The notes beneath the pieces are model-generated. The model was not told the DNA's origin, searched no databases, and was given only the letters and a program-made list of their open reading frames with translations. Shown piece by piece: positions 1-29,787 of a DNA stretch of 64,000 nt. This stretch comes from the human T2T-CHM13v2.0 reference genome, Homo sapiens. The stretch lies in NCBI RefSeq assembly GCF_009914755.1, contig NC_060940.1; one strand, written 5' to 3'. Both the position numbers and the translations under genes were made by a program. Each line of letters opens with the position of its first letter. The stretch's first letter is position 1.

Positions 1-1890
1 ACTTTGCTGTTCTTCTTGATTTTCTAGCAGTAAAAGCTTGTCAGAATAGTGTGGAAAAGAAATGAGGAAAGTTTTAGTAGGGGCTGTTTTTATAAGTTTT
101 ATTGTTTTATTGAACTAGTCCATGAATAGAAGGTATGATACAGCAGCCAGTGGGAATGAGTACCCTAACTATAATTGCAAGGGAAGTAAAAATAGAAGCC
201 ATGAGTCCTTTCCATTTACCAAACCACCTTTCTAACCATCCTGTAAAGGGGTCATTTACCCTAGAATTCCTGGTTAACTCATTAGATAAGGAGGTGAGAC
301 CTTGTAGAGGTTTAGTGATTGTTCCATGAGGGGCTGTATTGTTAGGGATGAAGGTAAAACATTGGGTTCCTATCACGATACAGACTCCATCTTTTTCTGC
401 TAGTATCATATCTAGTGCCATTCTATTTTCCAGGCCATTTGGCCCTAATTGCTCAGCTGTTCCTTTAATGGCATCCTTAGTATAACTGACAAATTGTTGT
501 TGGTTATAGTAGATATAATTTATCCAATCCACGTTTTTATTAACAGTTACCCACCAGAACAAGGATTCAAACCCTGCAGCTGTTTGGTTTCGTGCTTTAA
601 ATTTATCTGGTACCCCTCATGGGACTCCAATGGCATCTATATAAACGTGAGAATCAAAAGATCGTGAGGGGCCTCTCTTGTTTTATGGTGGTGTTTTTCC
701 TTTTCCTGGTTGATGGAATGCTAGAGTGAAAGGGATGGCCAATTGAATTAGAGCGCAAGTACTGCTCCAGTTATTTGGCAGAGTGTCCAATAAGGGTCCA
801 CCACAGTACCACAATACATCCACTCGAGGATGAGTAAGGGCAGACTGATTGGTAAGCTCTTAGAAAGGCTTAAGCTCACTGCATCCCTTTAGGTCTCCAA
901 GAAATGCCAAATTTTCTCCCTGTCATGAGAGACACAAAGTAAAATTGGCATCGTTAGATGGAAGCTGGGTGGCCCTCAGGGACTGACCTGCAGGGTGCTG
1001 GACTTCAGTCAATAGCAGAGAGAGAGCTTGGCATGACTTATTACCCCAGGCTGTGGGGTGCTAGAAGAGAGCTACCATACAGTCCACACCCAGTCGATTT
1101 GAAGGCCATGCAAGTAGAAAGCGGACAACCTGGGCCTCTGGCCTACCGTGTGCACAAGCGTAACAACTGCTTTTGTTGAGAGTGCAAACAGAATATTCAA
1201 TTCATTCCATGCAGGCATTTGCTTCTTGGTATCCAGTCTCAATTGCTAAAGTCTGTTTTAAATCTTTTACTTTTACAATAGCTACTTTAGTTTTGTCATT
1301 GGGAAGGGGGTGAGGAGTGGCACCCACTATTTGATTTGGTGGATTTAGGGAAGGTGAAGTGGTAGGAGGTGGAGAATGGTGGACAAAATGTATTTCAAGG
1401 AGGCTATAGGGTCCCTTCCAGCAACATTGGCTCCTAAACCATAGAGACAGCCTAAGGTGGGCTTAGGGTCAATGGAAGTAGAAGTGGTAGTGGAGAGAAG
1501 AACTGGGTTACATTGCTAGGACTGACAATTAGAGGGGGTGGTTCATTTAGCGATATAGAGATAAGGCTTTAGGGCGGCACAGGGACCTTCCGTGAAAGTC
1601 CAGCCTTGGTACTGAGTGGTCCAATAAACACGTTCCCAAGAGCTACAGGGTTTCAAATACCATGCTAGACGGTCACAATGGTGAGAGTTAGGGGTGGGTT
1701 CTGTGTGTTCTAGAGGGCCAGGGCAAAGGTACTTACCTGAAGAGGCTAGTTGCCTTTGGGTTTGTAGGTCCCCACAGGGCATAACAAGACAAGCATCAAA
1801 TGTAATTGTTTGAGGAAACGATGATCAGGTTACATTGATAAAATAAAATGTTCCTGGGTAGCTAACGAAAGAAAGAGGAAGCAAATTAGA
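1..1890 (-). pseudogene. env remnant (HERV-IP/EnvP(b)-like, SU+TM), frameshifted
   Basis: ORF 107-562 has NKNVDWINYIYYNQQ, the immunosuppressive-domain motif ENRMALDMILAEKDGVC and a TM helix. ORF 1543-1782 has the SU start (MPCGDL). Confidence 0.9.
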
Positions 1891-1899
1891 CAGGTTAAG

Positions 1900-4103
<2,204 letters not shown>

Positions 4104-4457
4104 ACTTGTTCCCTCCAGTCTTTAGGGGGTGAAGGAGTACAGGTCCTTGCCACCAACATAGGGCATAACCTATTTCCTCTTGGGAGGTAGGGCTCTTACT
4201 ATTAATATGTTCTATTGAAAGCTGACACATCCAATCCTCATATGACCCAAACTTTGGCCAAAAAACTGAGGGTTCGAGGATTGGTTCCTGGGTCCGAATG
4301 AGACAACAATATTTTATCATCTGTTGCTTTTTCTTGTGTTTAGTCCTTTCATTATCTTTCCATATTTTAACATAAGCCCTAGGGGACTATCAGGGGGAAT
4401 GTTATTGCTGCTAGTGTTATCCTTTTTATGCCCTACCTTATTTGGGGTGTTTCCCAT
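4104..4457 (-). pseudogene. gag N-terminal (MA) remnant
   Basis: MGNTPNK..NIPPDSPLGLMLKY..MIKYCC; joined directly to pol near 4103. Confidence 0.85.
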
Positions 4458-5077
4458 CTTGGGGGTTTTGGGGTGAGGCTCAATATCCCCTATTGGAAGT
4501 TTCTTGCCTTCCCAACTATTGGAAGTTTGTGTGAGGCTCAATGCCCCCCTGCTGGAGATTTCTTGCCTTTCCTTTCCTATAGCCTCAACCCGCCCCCTGC
4601 CCCCCAACCACTGGAGGTTTCTCGCACTCTTCTCCTTTTGCTTCGTCTTCTCTGGCTACTTCCCCAGAGGGAATTTAGGTCCCTCTTAACATTGATGGAT
4701 CAGTAGAAAACCCTGACGGGACCCCCAAAGGGCCGCCATAAGCCATATGAGTTGACCACGGAACTGCAGATTGGACTCACTCACTCTGCACAGCAGTAGT
4801 GCTTGTTACCATTCACGCACTTTCAACCTCCAAGATACTCCAACCATCAAGGAAGCACTTCACCACCCCAGCGGCTTTTCTTACCTTGGTCTGTGCACAT
4901 AGTTACCTGGTCGCCACAGTATTTGTAGTCCTTGTCTTCTCGCGTTGCTGAGATTCCAGGTTTATTTGTCACAACGGGTGGGTCTCAGTCTCCAGCCTTT
5001 GAGGCCACTGCACCAAGTCAGTGGGATGCATCCCCTCCCAGAAGATGACCGGAGACCCTTCTCCGGAGAAGAATGGG

Positions 5078-5096
5078 ATCCCAGGCAGGGCCCCCA
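5078..5096 (-). promoter_or_regulatory. Retroviral primer-binding site, tRNA-Pro type (degenerate)
   Basis: TGGGGGCCCTGCCTGGGAT three bases after the LTR end CA; compare the canonical Pro PBS TGGGGGCTCGTCCGGGAT. Confidence 0.75.
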
Positions 5097-5099
5097 AAT

Positions 5100-5531
5100 T
5101 GTTAGAAATGAGCTGGGAGTTGCAAAGAAAACGAACACTCAAAAGACTTCTCGGCAAGGTAAATTTACTTCTGCAGAAGGGTGCTGCCTGCGTCAGTCAC
5201 AATCACAAGAGCACACCGAACAAAGGAAAGCAGGGGTTTTTATTCCTAATGCCGCTCCTGTTTCTGTGTCTTCCCTGCCTCCCCCACCTCCCCCGTTAAT
5301 TGGGGTCAGACTGCACAATCTAAACAGATCCCAATTGACTAGATTTAGCATTTAGAATAGGACAAAGAACCAGGAAGTTTATTGTTTGTACCTAACAACT
5401 TAAAGTAAGGCAGTGTGGGTCAGCTACAAGCTTGGTGGATGCCTGGGCCTGTTAAAGGCAGGAAAGATAACTTAAAAATAGAACAAAGGACAAGGGGGGT
5501 GAAATCCTTTGAAGAGAAACTGTTCCTAACA
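5100..5531 (-). mobile_element. 5' LTR, LTR10 family (LTR10B-like)
   Basis: TG...CA termini (TGTTAGGAACA...TTTCTAACA). Its 3' half resembles the LTRs at 43390, 52303 and 62439. Confidence 0.8.
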
Positions 5532-11208
<5,677 letters not shown>

Positions 11209-11263
11209 GAAATAATTTTATAGTGAATACTTGTATACTCAGCACTTAGATTCTGAAAACTGA

Positions 11264-11650
<387 letters not shown>

Positions 11651-11789
11651 TAGGTACAGAGCCATTCAGTTTTTTTTTTTTTTCCATCTTTTATCAGTTT
11701 TGCAAGTTATCTTTGTAAGGAATTTATCCATGTTATCTAAATTATTGAATTCACTGTCATAAAGTTATCAGTAAAATTCACTTGTCCTA

Positions 11790-12138
<349 letters not shown>

Positions 12139-12139
12139 T

Positions 12140-12755
12140 CACTGTACTTTGTTTCTGATGTGGGTTAATCTGTATATTTATTATTTTTCCTTCTTGATCA
12201 ACCAGATTTTGTTATTTCTATCATTTGTTTTCTTTATTTTGATTCCTGTTTTTCTTTATTGTCTTTCTTTTACTGACTTTAGTTATAATTTGTTCTTTTT
12301 CCAGGTTCTTAAGAGACCTTTTCTAACATTAAACATTTAAAGCTGAATTTCCTTCTAAGTATCACTTATTCTAAGCATCTTCTTAGTGGTTAGATTATGT
12401 ACTTCTTAATGCAAATATTATAATCTTTGATACATCATATCTTTGTTTTCCATCAGTTCAAAATGATTTATAATGTTCCTTGTATTCTTTGACATATGAA
12501 TTATTTGGAAGTGTGTGTTTAATTTCAAAATATTTGTGACTTCTAGGTATTTTATTTTTATAATACCTGATTTCATTTGGTCAGAGAACATACTATGTAA
12601 AACTTAAATTTTGAAAGTTAAACTTATTTTATAGTCCAGCATATTATTTTACTTGACGAATGTTCCATGTACAGAATGTTGGTTGTAATGTTCTGTAAAT
12701 GTCATGTTTGAGTTAATTGTGCCAAGATGGTTGATAGTGTTTTTTCGACCTTCTA
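12140..12755 (-). mobile_element. Old L1M fragment
   Basis: T-rich sequence resembling reverse L1 ORF2 (tttggtcagagaacatact..., aatgttccatgt). Confidence 0.6.
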
Positions 12756-12759
12756 CAGC

Positions 12760-14110
12760 TATGGTAGATGGAAAAAATGGTCCCTGCAAGATGTCCATGA
12801 CCTAATTCCCAGAACTTGTGAATATGTTACCTTACATGGTGAAAAGAGTCTTTGTAGGTATTATTAAATTAAGTACCTTGAGATGATGGGTAGTTAATCC
12901 TGGATTATCTGTGTGGGCTCATTTTAATCAAAAGGGTTCTTACAAAAAAAGTGGCAAGAAGGTCAAAGGCAGAAAAAGGAAATGGGACAATGGAAGCAGA
13001 GGCTGGAATGAAGTACACTGAAGATGGAGGAGGGCCTCAAGTCCAGAAACGCAGGCAGCCTCCAGAAGGAAGGCCAGTACCTTGATTTTAGCTTAGTAAA
13101 ACTGATTTCCAACTTTTGGCTTCTAAAGCTGTGATAAAATAAGTCATGCAGTTTGTGGTAATTTGTTAAGGTAACTTCAGGAAATTCACAAAGAATTTGG
13201 TACCAGGAAGTGTGGGGTGCTGCTGTAACCAATACCTAAAAATGTGAAAGTGGCTTTTGAGTAGGGTAATGCATAGAGACTAGAGGAGTTTTGAGGAGCA
13301 TGCTTTATAAAAAGCCTAGATTACCTTGAACAGACTCTTAGTAGAAATTTGGAAGTTAAAGACTGCCCGTGGAGGTTAAAAGGAAATGAGCACAGTGGAG
13401 AAAACCTACCATGGACTTAATACCTAGATCTTCATAAACAAACTTTTGATAGAAATATAGACATTAAAAGCATTGTTGGTGAGGACTTGAAAGGAAATGA
13501 GGATACATGTTATTGGAAACAGGAGGAAAGGGGATTTGTGTTACGTAGTGGCAGGAAGTTTAGTTGCATTGTATCCTACATTATATGGAAAACAACTTGT
13601 AAACTATGAATTTGGATTTTGTTTGACTTATGAGATTTTATTTCTTTTTTTATTTTTATTTTTTTATTTTTTGGAGTCAAAGTCTGGCTCTGTTGCCCAG
13701 GCTGGAGTGCAGTGACACAATCTCGGCTCACTGCAACATCCGCCTCCTGGGTTCAATCAATTCTCGTGCCTTAGCCTCCTGAGTAGCTGGGATTACCGGG
13801 GTGTATGAGGTTTCTAAGCAAAGTGTTGAAGGTTTGGCCTGATTTCCTCTTGCTTCTTTTCACAATGTGAGAAAAAAAAAGAGAAAAATTGAAGAAGAAA
13901 CAAACTGTTTAGCAGAAAGGAACCAGGACTTAATGATTTAGGCAATTCTCAGCCTGACCAGATTGCAGAAGACTCTAAGAGGCTCACTATCAGAAGAGTA
14001 TGCCCCGGAGAGAAAGTCAAGATTTTGGCTGGACACCCTTTTGCTAGTGCCTTGGAAGGATCAAATGTCTCAGTATCCAGTCACAGGGAGGGCTCTTTGA
14101 AAACACTAAG
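12760..14110 (+). mobile_element. MaLR: MLT1D-like LTR (~12760-13190) plus MLT1 internal fragment, with a partial reverse Alu at ~13640-13805
   Basis: gaatatgttaccttacatgg and gtttgtggtaatttgtt LTR motifs, followed by the MaLR internal start tttggtaccaggaagtgtggggtgctgctgtaac. Confidence 0.7.
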
Positions 14111-15047
14111 CATAGGACTCCCTTTCAGCAGGAAGTTCCCCTGTTTAGGTTTAGTGTGTAGATCCTGGCCTCTTCTTTTAAGCTGCAGTTTCAATGACAG
14201 TTTACTTTTCAGAGCTCTTACAGTGCCATACTGCTTAGCTTCATTCTTCTGGCTCCACTGGGTCTCCCATTTAGCCCCTGCCGGTGCCACCTCAATCCCC
14301 AGTGCCATTGGGTGGGAAATTCAGGAAAAGTTGGCCTATGGTCACTACCACTGCAATGGATTGGGCCTGCCATTGCCCCAGATGTCAGATGAGCACCCAA
14401 CTGATAGTGCTGCTGTGGTGAATTGGGCCCCCTAATCCTACCAGTATGGAATTGGGGGGTTAGCCACCACTGCTACAGGTTTGGGGCAACAGATGGGTGC
14501 CCAGCTTCCATGGCACCTAGTGCATTTTTGTTCATGCTGTCCTTGATCCTTTTGAATTAATGTACATATATATTTACATATATATAAAATGCTGCAAGTT
14601 CTCAACCAAAGCTGAGAACACTGAATGTTTCAGCTTCAAGTTTTAAATAAACTCAACAATTGGAAGAGCAAGTTAGCAATCTGAGTTATTTCTAGTCTTT
14701 ATTAAAAGTATAACAAAAGTAAAATTTTCTTAAATATAGTGTTTATTAGTTCCTAAAAGTTAGTCTAATAGGAATAAAGTGTTGTCTAAGTACCTGAACA
14801 TTTGTTTTTCCTTCTTTCCATCCAAGCTAGGAAGTTGATGTATACCATCATTTTTATTTCTTCGGAGTTTTTAAAAATTCATTTTGGCAGGCAAATCACA
14901 ATCATGGTCATCAGCCATCGAAATACATGTGATTTAACTTATGTTTTGCCATATGTATGCAAGAATACTTTGAAAATGCTAATTTTGTTTGGAAGGATAC
15001 AATTGGTAAAATTCCCTTCAACTGCTTTTTTCTCACCTATTTAATAG

Positions 15048-15205
15048 GTTGCAAATTCAGAGGCTATGATTTTGGATAAGAATCTTGAGTCAGTTAATAG
15101 TCCAATTGAAAAGTCTTCTGTGAATTATGAGCCTTCTAACCCTTCCGAAAAAGGAAGTAAAAAAATTAATTTGTCATCAGATCAAAATAAGTCTGTTTCT
15201 GAAAG
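15048..15205 (+). CDS. ATF7IP2: ATF7IP2 internal coding exon (phase 0 to 2)
   Basis: Pyrimidine tract and ttaatag acceptor; AG|gtaggt donor. Encodes VANSEAMILDKNLES...KSVSE, in frame with the downstream exons. Confidence 0.85.
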
Positions 15206-15371
15206 GTAGGTGTTTCTGCAAAAATGCATAAATTTATCTAAATCTATAATAATGAATTTTTTCTTCATCACAGTTTTGGATCTTTGTAATATTGATTATT
15301 CTTAACATTCACTCTTAAAATGTCCTATAGTTTTACTTTTACATATTATACTTCAGTTGTGGGGGTTTTTT

Positions 15372-15687
15372 TTTGGTTTTTGGGTTTTCTGGTGTTTTTT
15401 GAGATAGGGTCTCACTTTGTTGTCCAGGCTGGAGTATAGTGGTACAGTCACGGCTCACTGCAGCCTCGACCTCCTTCCTGGGCTCAAGTGATCTTCCACC
15501 TCAGCCTCCCAAGTAACTGGGACTACAGGTGTGCAATCACCATGCTGGGCTAATTTTTTATATTTTTTGTAGAGGCAGGGCTTCACCATGTTGCCCAGGC
15601 TGGTCTGGAATTCCTGGGCTCAGGCAATCTGTCTGCCTCGGCCTCCCAGAGTGCTGGGATTACAGGCATGAGCCACTGCGCCTGGCC
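15372..15687 (-). mobile_element. Alu (AluJ-like)
   Basis: Diverged reverse Alu with J-type motifs (gggctcaagtgatc). Confidence 0.9.
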
Positions 15688-16259
15688 CTATACTTGAGTT
15701 TTTAAAAAGAGGAAAACATACAATCAAAAATAAGTAGATTAAATGATGGCCATTGTTTGAAGAACACCCTTTCCCACAGATAACTATGCGTACACAAGGA
15801 GGCTCTAAAGCAAAGGAGAAGCATTACAGATCTAAACCATTTATGTTTGTTTTGGGGGATTTAACATGCAGTTGTGACCCTTCAGGAGATGCCCTAATAT
15901 TCTGTAATATTGGGCCCACATTTTAGTTTTAAGCCAGGAAGCTGCTGTGAAGGAGGCATTTAGTTGATGAAGGCAAGAGCTACATTTCAGTGACACTTTG
16001 TAGTGTGACCCCTTATTGATGCATGTGCTAAAACTCATGAAGTAACAAAAAATAAAAAGTGCTAGTGATGGAAGTGAAAAAGACACCATTAAAATAGCAC
16101 TTCATAGAAAAATATATCCAATTTAGCCATGGTTTGTGTCTTTTATATGAACAAATCTATCTCATGTTCTATTCTGAAGGAAGAACCCTGCGATTTATAA
16201 AACTGTTTAAGGCAGCACTCTCAGCCCATGGTGAATGTGCGGATAGGTGTAACAAATGT

Positions 16260-19520
<3,261 letters not shown>

Positions 19521-19569
19521 ATATTTTAATATAATCTGAAAATAATTATCTTTTAATCAGAAAAATGAT

Positions 19570-20960
19570 TTATGCTTAGTGTAATCTGACTGATGTGTGT
19601 GGATTTATAATTACAATCTTACTACCTGTTTTCTGTTTGCCCTGTTTTATGGTCCTTTTCCTCATATGTATCTGTCTCTCTGTTATAGCCATCTTTTGAA
19701 TTAATCTTTTTTCCATTCCCCATTACTTTGTTAATTTTACCGTTTTCATTATTCCTTTAGAAGTTATTCTAAGATAATGATATGTATTCTTTACTCGGAA
19801 TAGTACTTCTGCTATTTTATAGACAATGCTTGATCTTAGAATACTTTAGCTTTGTTTACTGTTTTCCCCATCTTATGTGTTTTTGTGCGTTTCGATTTTA
19901 CATTAAGTCCTAGAGGATGACTACTATGTACCATCATTTTTTATTTCGAGTTACCCACATATTTATGTTTTCTCTTGCTCATTTCTTCCTGTAGTTTCAT
20001 CTTTCCATCTGGGCTCATTTTTTTTTCCACAAGAAGATCTCCATTTATTATTTCTTTTGCTTTTAGTTTTGCTTAGGAAAAATGCCATCAGTTTTTATCC
20101 GGAAATGACTTCATTTTGTCTTAATTTTGAAGGGTATTTTAACTTGGGTATAGAATTAGAGGTTGGCAGTTATTTTTCTTTCAGCACTTTCATTTTCATC
20201 ACATTGCTTTCTGACTTCTATTTCTGTTGAAATGTTTTAACATTTGTTTTATTTTTGCTTTTTCAAAGATAAGTCTCTAGCTGCTTTTAAGATCCTCTAC
20301 TTTGGTTTTCATCAATATACTATAAGATGTTAGGTGGTGGGGTGGTGGTAGTATACTTAGCCTTTTAAATTTATACTGATGGGGGCTTGTGGCCCTTCTT
20401 GAATCTATGGCTTGATACCTTTCATTATCTTGGGAAAATTCTTGACATTATTGCTTCAGATATTGCTTCTGGAGCATTCTATGTCTTCTGTCTTACTGGT
20501 TTCTAATTATGTGCTTTTCTATATACTCCATCTGTTTTGCTCTAGATACTTTTGTCTGGATATTTTCAACTAACCTGTGTTGTGTTCCAGCTTATTAATC
20601 CTTTCTTTTATTGGATCCAAGTAGCTATTAAACCCATGTATTCTTAATTTCAATTTGTATATTTTTCAGTTCTTGGTTATTTTTTACAAATTCATGTTCT
20701 TTGGTGAAATTCTTTACCTTGCCATCCAAGCGTTGTACATTTTAGTCACTAAGATTTTCAGATCAATTTCTGATGACTCTCCTATCTGGGTCACTTTGAA
20801 CTCTATTTGTGTTTGCTGTTTTACATCTTTGTCCTATTTGTTAGGACAGTTGCTAATTTTGTGTTTGATTACTGGATATTGTATATTGGAAACTGTAAAG
20901 GCTCTAAATGATGTCTTCCACCAGACTAGATTCACTCTGTACTCTGGAAAGCAGCAGAGA
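19570..20960 (-). mobile_element. Old L1M fragment
   Basis: Reverse ORF1-like motifs (gggtatagaattagaggttggcagttattttt, gggaaaattcttgacattatt). Confidence 0.6.
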
Positions 20961-20971
20961 GACACAGCACC

Positions 20972-21466
20972 TGTGATGGATTTTAAATATGTCCACAAAT
21001 TTTCGATACCCCTCCTTTAAAATGTGAAGCCTAATTTCCATCTTGGACTATACTTAGTGACTCACTTCTAATGAATAGAATATGGCACAAGTGACATTAC
21101 TTTTGTAGGTCATAAAAGACATTAGCTTCCTTGCTTTCTCTTAGATGACTTGCTCTGGAGCAAGTTAACTGTCATGTCATAAGAACATCAAGCAATCTAT
21201 GCAGAGCTCTACATGGTGAGGCATCCTGCTAATAGCTATGTGAACAAGCCGTTTTAGGCTCTGACCCCCAGCCCTGGTCAGACCTTTGGTGACTACAGCA
21301 CCTGCCAACATCCTGACTGCAACCTCATGAGAAAACGTGAGGTAGAACTCCTGAACTACACGACTTCCTACTTATTTACCCACAGGAACTGAGATAATGA
21401 ATGTTTGGATTTTTAGGCCATTATGTTTTGGGGTAAATTATTACATGGCAATAGAGATACAATACA
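20972..21466 (+). mobile_element. MaLR solo LTR (MLT1F-like)
   Basis: TG...CA ends; ttagtgactcacttctaatgaatagaatatggc and ctgactgcaacctcatgaga motifs. Confidence 0.7.
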
Positions 21467-22512
21467 ATATTTCAATCTATTCAGAACTTGAGCAGAACTG
21501 AGGCTGATCTACAGATTTTATAAGACAGTGATTTCTTATTTTCCCCCATTCTTGTGTTACAGCCCTCTTGCCTGGGATATGGCCTGTGGCACCCCTCCTA
21601 TTGCTGGTCTTATATTCCAGTTCTTGGCTCCTCAATACCAGCCCTCTGTGAGTTCAGTCAGTTTTTGCTTGCTTTCATAGCATCCTGTGTGGCTGGGTTG
21701 ACAAATGCCTTGAGAGAAGAACACTGGCCAAGCGTCCAGCTCACTTCTCTTGGATCTTGGTCTCTCTAGTTATTGGTCTCTCAAGTTATGGCTGCCACCA
21801 CAGCTTTCTAATGTCTTCAAATAGATATTTAGATATTTTTTTCCCCAATTTTTCAAATTGCTCAAGTGTGGGGCTCCATCATGGCTGTTCTACCTGTCCT
21901 TCATGTACTTTTGTATACATTATCTATTTTTAAATGTTTAAAAACATTTAAGAAATAAAGGAACCCTTACAAAGGAAAAAAGAAATATATTGTTCCCTGT
22001 TGTTATCCTGGCTCTAGAGAAAACCAGGAGATTTTATAATTGTTTTTTCTCATGCCACAGGTATTGAAGGAATTAGTGCCACTGTTGTCCGTGTCTATAG
22101 TATGGCTAGATTTAGAAGTTTAAGCATTTCTGTTTTTAAAATCAGGAGGAAATGGGAAAGGCAATAACAACTGAGCTGCAGAAGCTCATAGAAGAGAAAG
22201 TTTATGGCCCAAAACACATGACAAAAATTAAACTTGCTTAAGTTGGAAGGAAATGCCTTTATGTGCAATTACTTCCAAAGAGTAAGCATCAGGGTCTAAG
22301 GCACCCAAGAGTAGACCATTTCACCAATACTGATTGAATAAAATATTAATCCTGCCTAAAAAAATCTTGCATTGAATTTCGTGTGATAAGGAAATGTTTA
22401 CAGAGATGGAAAGGGGGACAGGAAGGAGTTACTAGCCACAGTATCTTAAGAAAGTTACTACTATTTTGCATGTGTTGCTCCCTACTCATTCTTTTGTTGC
22501 TGCTGTTGTTGA

Positions 22513-22808
<296 letters not shown>

Positions 22809-22839
22809 ATCCTACTCATTATTAAAATTTATTTAATCC

Positions 22840-22990
22840 TAATAATAAATGTATCCCTCTTTTACAGATGAGGAAACCAAAGCAGAGTTTCTTGCCCCAA
22901 AACACTCAAGTAGTAAATGGCAGAGCCTGGATTTGGATCTAAACATTCTGTCTCCAGAAACTATGCTCTTACCTACTACATAATAACAAT
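22840..22990 (+). mobile_element. MIR fragment
   Basis: MIR core ttttacagatgaggaaacc...ggcagagcctggatttg. Confidence 0.65.
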
Positions 22991-23142
22991 GCCTAGAGAA
23001 ATGAATTACTAATTTTAGACATAGAAATGTTTCTCCAAGGTAAACTACAAGTAGATAACATATGTTAGTCACACTCAGGCTTCCATAAAAATTATCAGTT
23101 TCCTCAGTTTCCCTCCCAGATGTGGTTCATTAAAAAAGAGCT

Positions 23143-23430
23143 GGGCCGGGCACAGTGACTCACGCCTGTAATCCCAGCACTTTGGGAGGCCGAGGCTCCT
23201 GAGGTCAGGAATTTGACACCAGCCTGGGCAACACGGTGAAACCCCATCTCTACTAAAAACACAGAAAATTAGCTGGGCGTAGTGGTGTGCACCTGTAGTC
23301 CCAGCTACTCAGGAGGCTGAGGCAGGAGAATTGCTTGAACCTGGGAGGTGGAGGTTGGCGTCATCCGAGATTGCACCACTGCACTCCAGCCTGGGCAACA
23401 GAACGAGACTCCGGCCCAAAAACAAAAAAG
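23143..23430 (+). mobile_element. Alu
   Basis: Alu consensus; AAAAAAGAGCT duplication. Confidence 0.92.
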
Positions 23431-23579
23431 AGCTTTCATTGGTAGCAGTTAGTTGAATAGTTTCATGAAAGTTTCATATCATTACATTAAAATCTAGTGG
23501 AATTCCCGTTAGACCATAAGTTTGCCATTTTACAAATGGATTTCTCAAGATAAGCATTAACAGCTTTATATACAGACAT

Positions 23580-24700
23580 AATTTTTAAAATATAGTTGAC
23601 ATGTAATATCTACTAAAAGCTACATGAACAGTATGTTAGCCTGATGAATTTTCACAAAGTGACAGATGACCCAGATTAAGAAACACCAATGGCATCCAGC
23701 CTGCCTCATGCCTGTTCTCCTAGTCATCAGTCTTCTAACACCATAAATTGTTTTTGCTTTATTTTTGCCTTTATAGAAATGGAATCATACTCAGTGAGCT
23801 CTTTTATGTCTTCTTTCATCCCACATTATGTGTCATGATACCCATCCGTGCTGTTGCTATTCAGCAGTTTATTCATTGCTATATAATATCATATGAATAT
23901 GCCACAATTATATCTATCATATGAATGTGCTACAATTAATCTGTTTAGTTCAGTTCATTGCCATTTTGATTGTTTGCAGATTGGGGAAAATATAAATGGT
24001 GCTGCTGTGAACATTCTTTTACATGTCTTTTGGTGAATGTACATATATACACTTCTGTTGGACATATGCCTAGAAGTGGAATTGCTAGGTCATAAGGTAT
24101 GCGTATCTTGAGGTCTGATACCACCAACCAGTTTACCAAAGAAGTTGTACCAAGTTATACTCCCACTATAAGTACATGAGATTTTTATTACTGCGTATCC
24201 TTGCCAACTCTTGGTGGTATCTCTTTCTTTTTAGCCATACTGGTGTATAGCATCACATTGTGGTTTTAATTTGTATTTCCTTCTAATAATGAAAATTAAG
24301 CAAATTTGCATGTTAGCCATTTGGATATCTTCTTTTATGAAGATTTTTGCTTTGTCTTTTCAATTTTTTTGACAGATACATTTATTATAAATATCTTTCC
24401 TGACCCAAAGTCATGTTGTTTCCCTAATGGTGTCTTTATATGAACTGACTGTACTTAATTTCAGTGTAGTTTTTTTCATAGACTATATGCTTTTCTGATG
24501 AATGCTCTATCTTTTTTAACTGTTTGCTCCTACTTCCATATTTTTAAAATTATTAATCATGGTTGTTTTAATGCTCTTGTTTTAACTCAAGTGTTTGGAT
24601 CACCTGTGCATCTGTTTCTATTGTTTTTCTGTCAGTCTCTGGTTTTTTTTTTGGCATGCTTGATAGTTTCTGAAAAATTGTTGAGGCTGTAAGTGATATC
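23580..24700 (-). mobile_element. Old L1M 3' fragment
   Basis: Reverse L1 3' motifs (cctagaagtggaattgctaggtcata, tgtggttttaatttgtatttcc). Confidence 0.7.
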
Positions 24701-25252
24701 TTGCCATAAGACAAGGCTAATCCTCTGCTTGCCAAATAGAGTAGGATCTGATTACCTAATCTTCTAAGGGAATGATATCACAAGGCTTGTAGTAATCTTG
24801 GTAAGGCTCCTTCTACCTCTAGTTCACTCTGGTCTCTAAGACATAGCCTACCATGGTTACCATCTGAAAGCTTAGACTGTTTGCCAGGGCTCCTTCACCT
24901 TGGTGGGTCCCAAATATTATTATTTACCTCATAAATACAATGAGACTGCCAAAAATTACCTCCTTTTTAAAGATTTTCTGCTCAGTTTCTTATACTCTCA
25001 AATAGCAATAATTTGAAGTACTGTAGCTTCAACCAAAGAAAAATTAAGTGAAGGATTTTGAAATTGATAAAGTATTTTGACTATCGTATAATGAACATCT
25101 GAGAAGAATTACTTAAAATTTTCTTACAGATTAGCAATGAAAAATACAGCTATCAGTCTTTCATCCAATTTATGACTACTATTACTAGAAGACAAAAATA
25201 TATATAAAAGAAATTTAACAATTTAGAGGGTAAAAGTGGATAGAAAAATCAA

Positions 25253-29219
<3,967 letters not shown>

Positions 29220-29787
29220 GTCGCTCATAAAAAAAAAGGGTCAAAATGGCTTGAAATATTCTATAACCATAATCAGCATCATTTATCATCATTGTCTCAA
29301 ATTTGTGGTAAATATTGCTACTGGAGAGATAAAATGAAGAGTAGTAGCAGTTCTTTTTAAAATAATTTTCTTTGTTATAGTTTTCTACCTTTAGGAGTCC
29401 AGGTGTCTTTATGGGTCTTAATAGATTTCCTTCATTACATGATGTTTCATTTTTATAGAAGTAAGTATATACGCTCAAAGGAATTTGTATGTTTTATACA
29501 TTTATGTCCATTGTATACTTATATATATTTTGAGTCATTGTGAAAGACCCATAAAATGTAGTAGGGATCTAATTATTGGATTTTGATGAATCTTTAGTCA
29601 TATAACGGAACTGGTAATAAATGGAGTTTTTTTGGGTATTTGGTTTTATCATTTCTATTTCCCCCCACGATTGTTCAATTAAAACATTATGAAATGTTAA
29701 GTTAGAGGACTCCTAACCACTAATTGCATGTTTAAGCCTGATAATGCATGTTTAGTTTTTGTTTTTAATTTCTTTTTATCATTTTAG

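Noticed and set aside
107-562. 151 aa env TM ORF as a domesticated envelope gene
   Set aside because: It has no true ATG start, a small deletion before the immunosuppressive motif, and the upstream SU is fragmented.
14025-14545. GC-richer stretch with overlapping ORFs, as a processed pseudogene or exon
   Set aside because: No recognisable protein or convincing splice pair; it most resembles a reversed old L1M 5' region (unverified).
14891-14932. Possible extra exon after ttttggcag
   Set aside because: Weak donor and an early stop in the phase-0 frame; the gene model does not need it.
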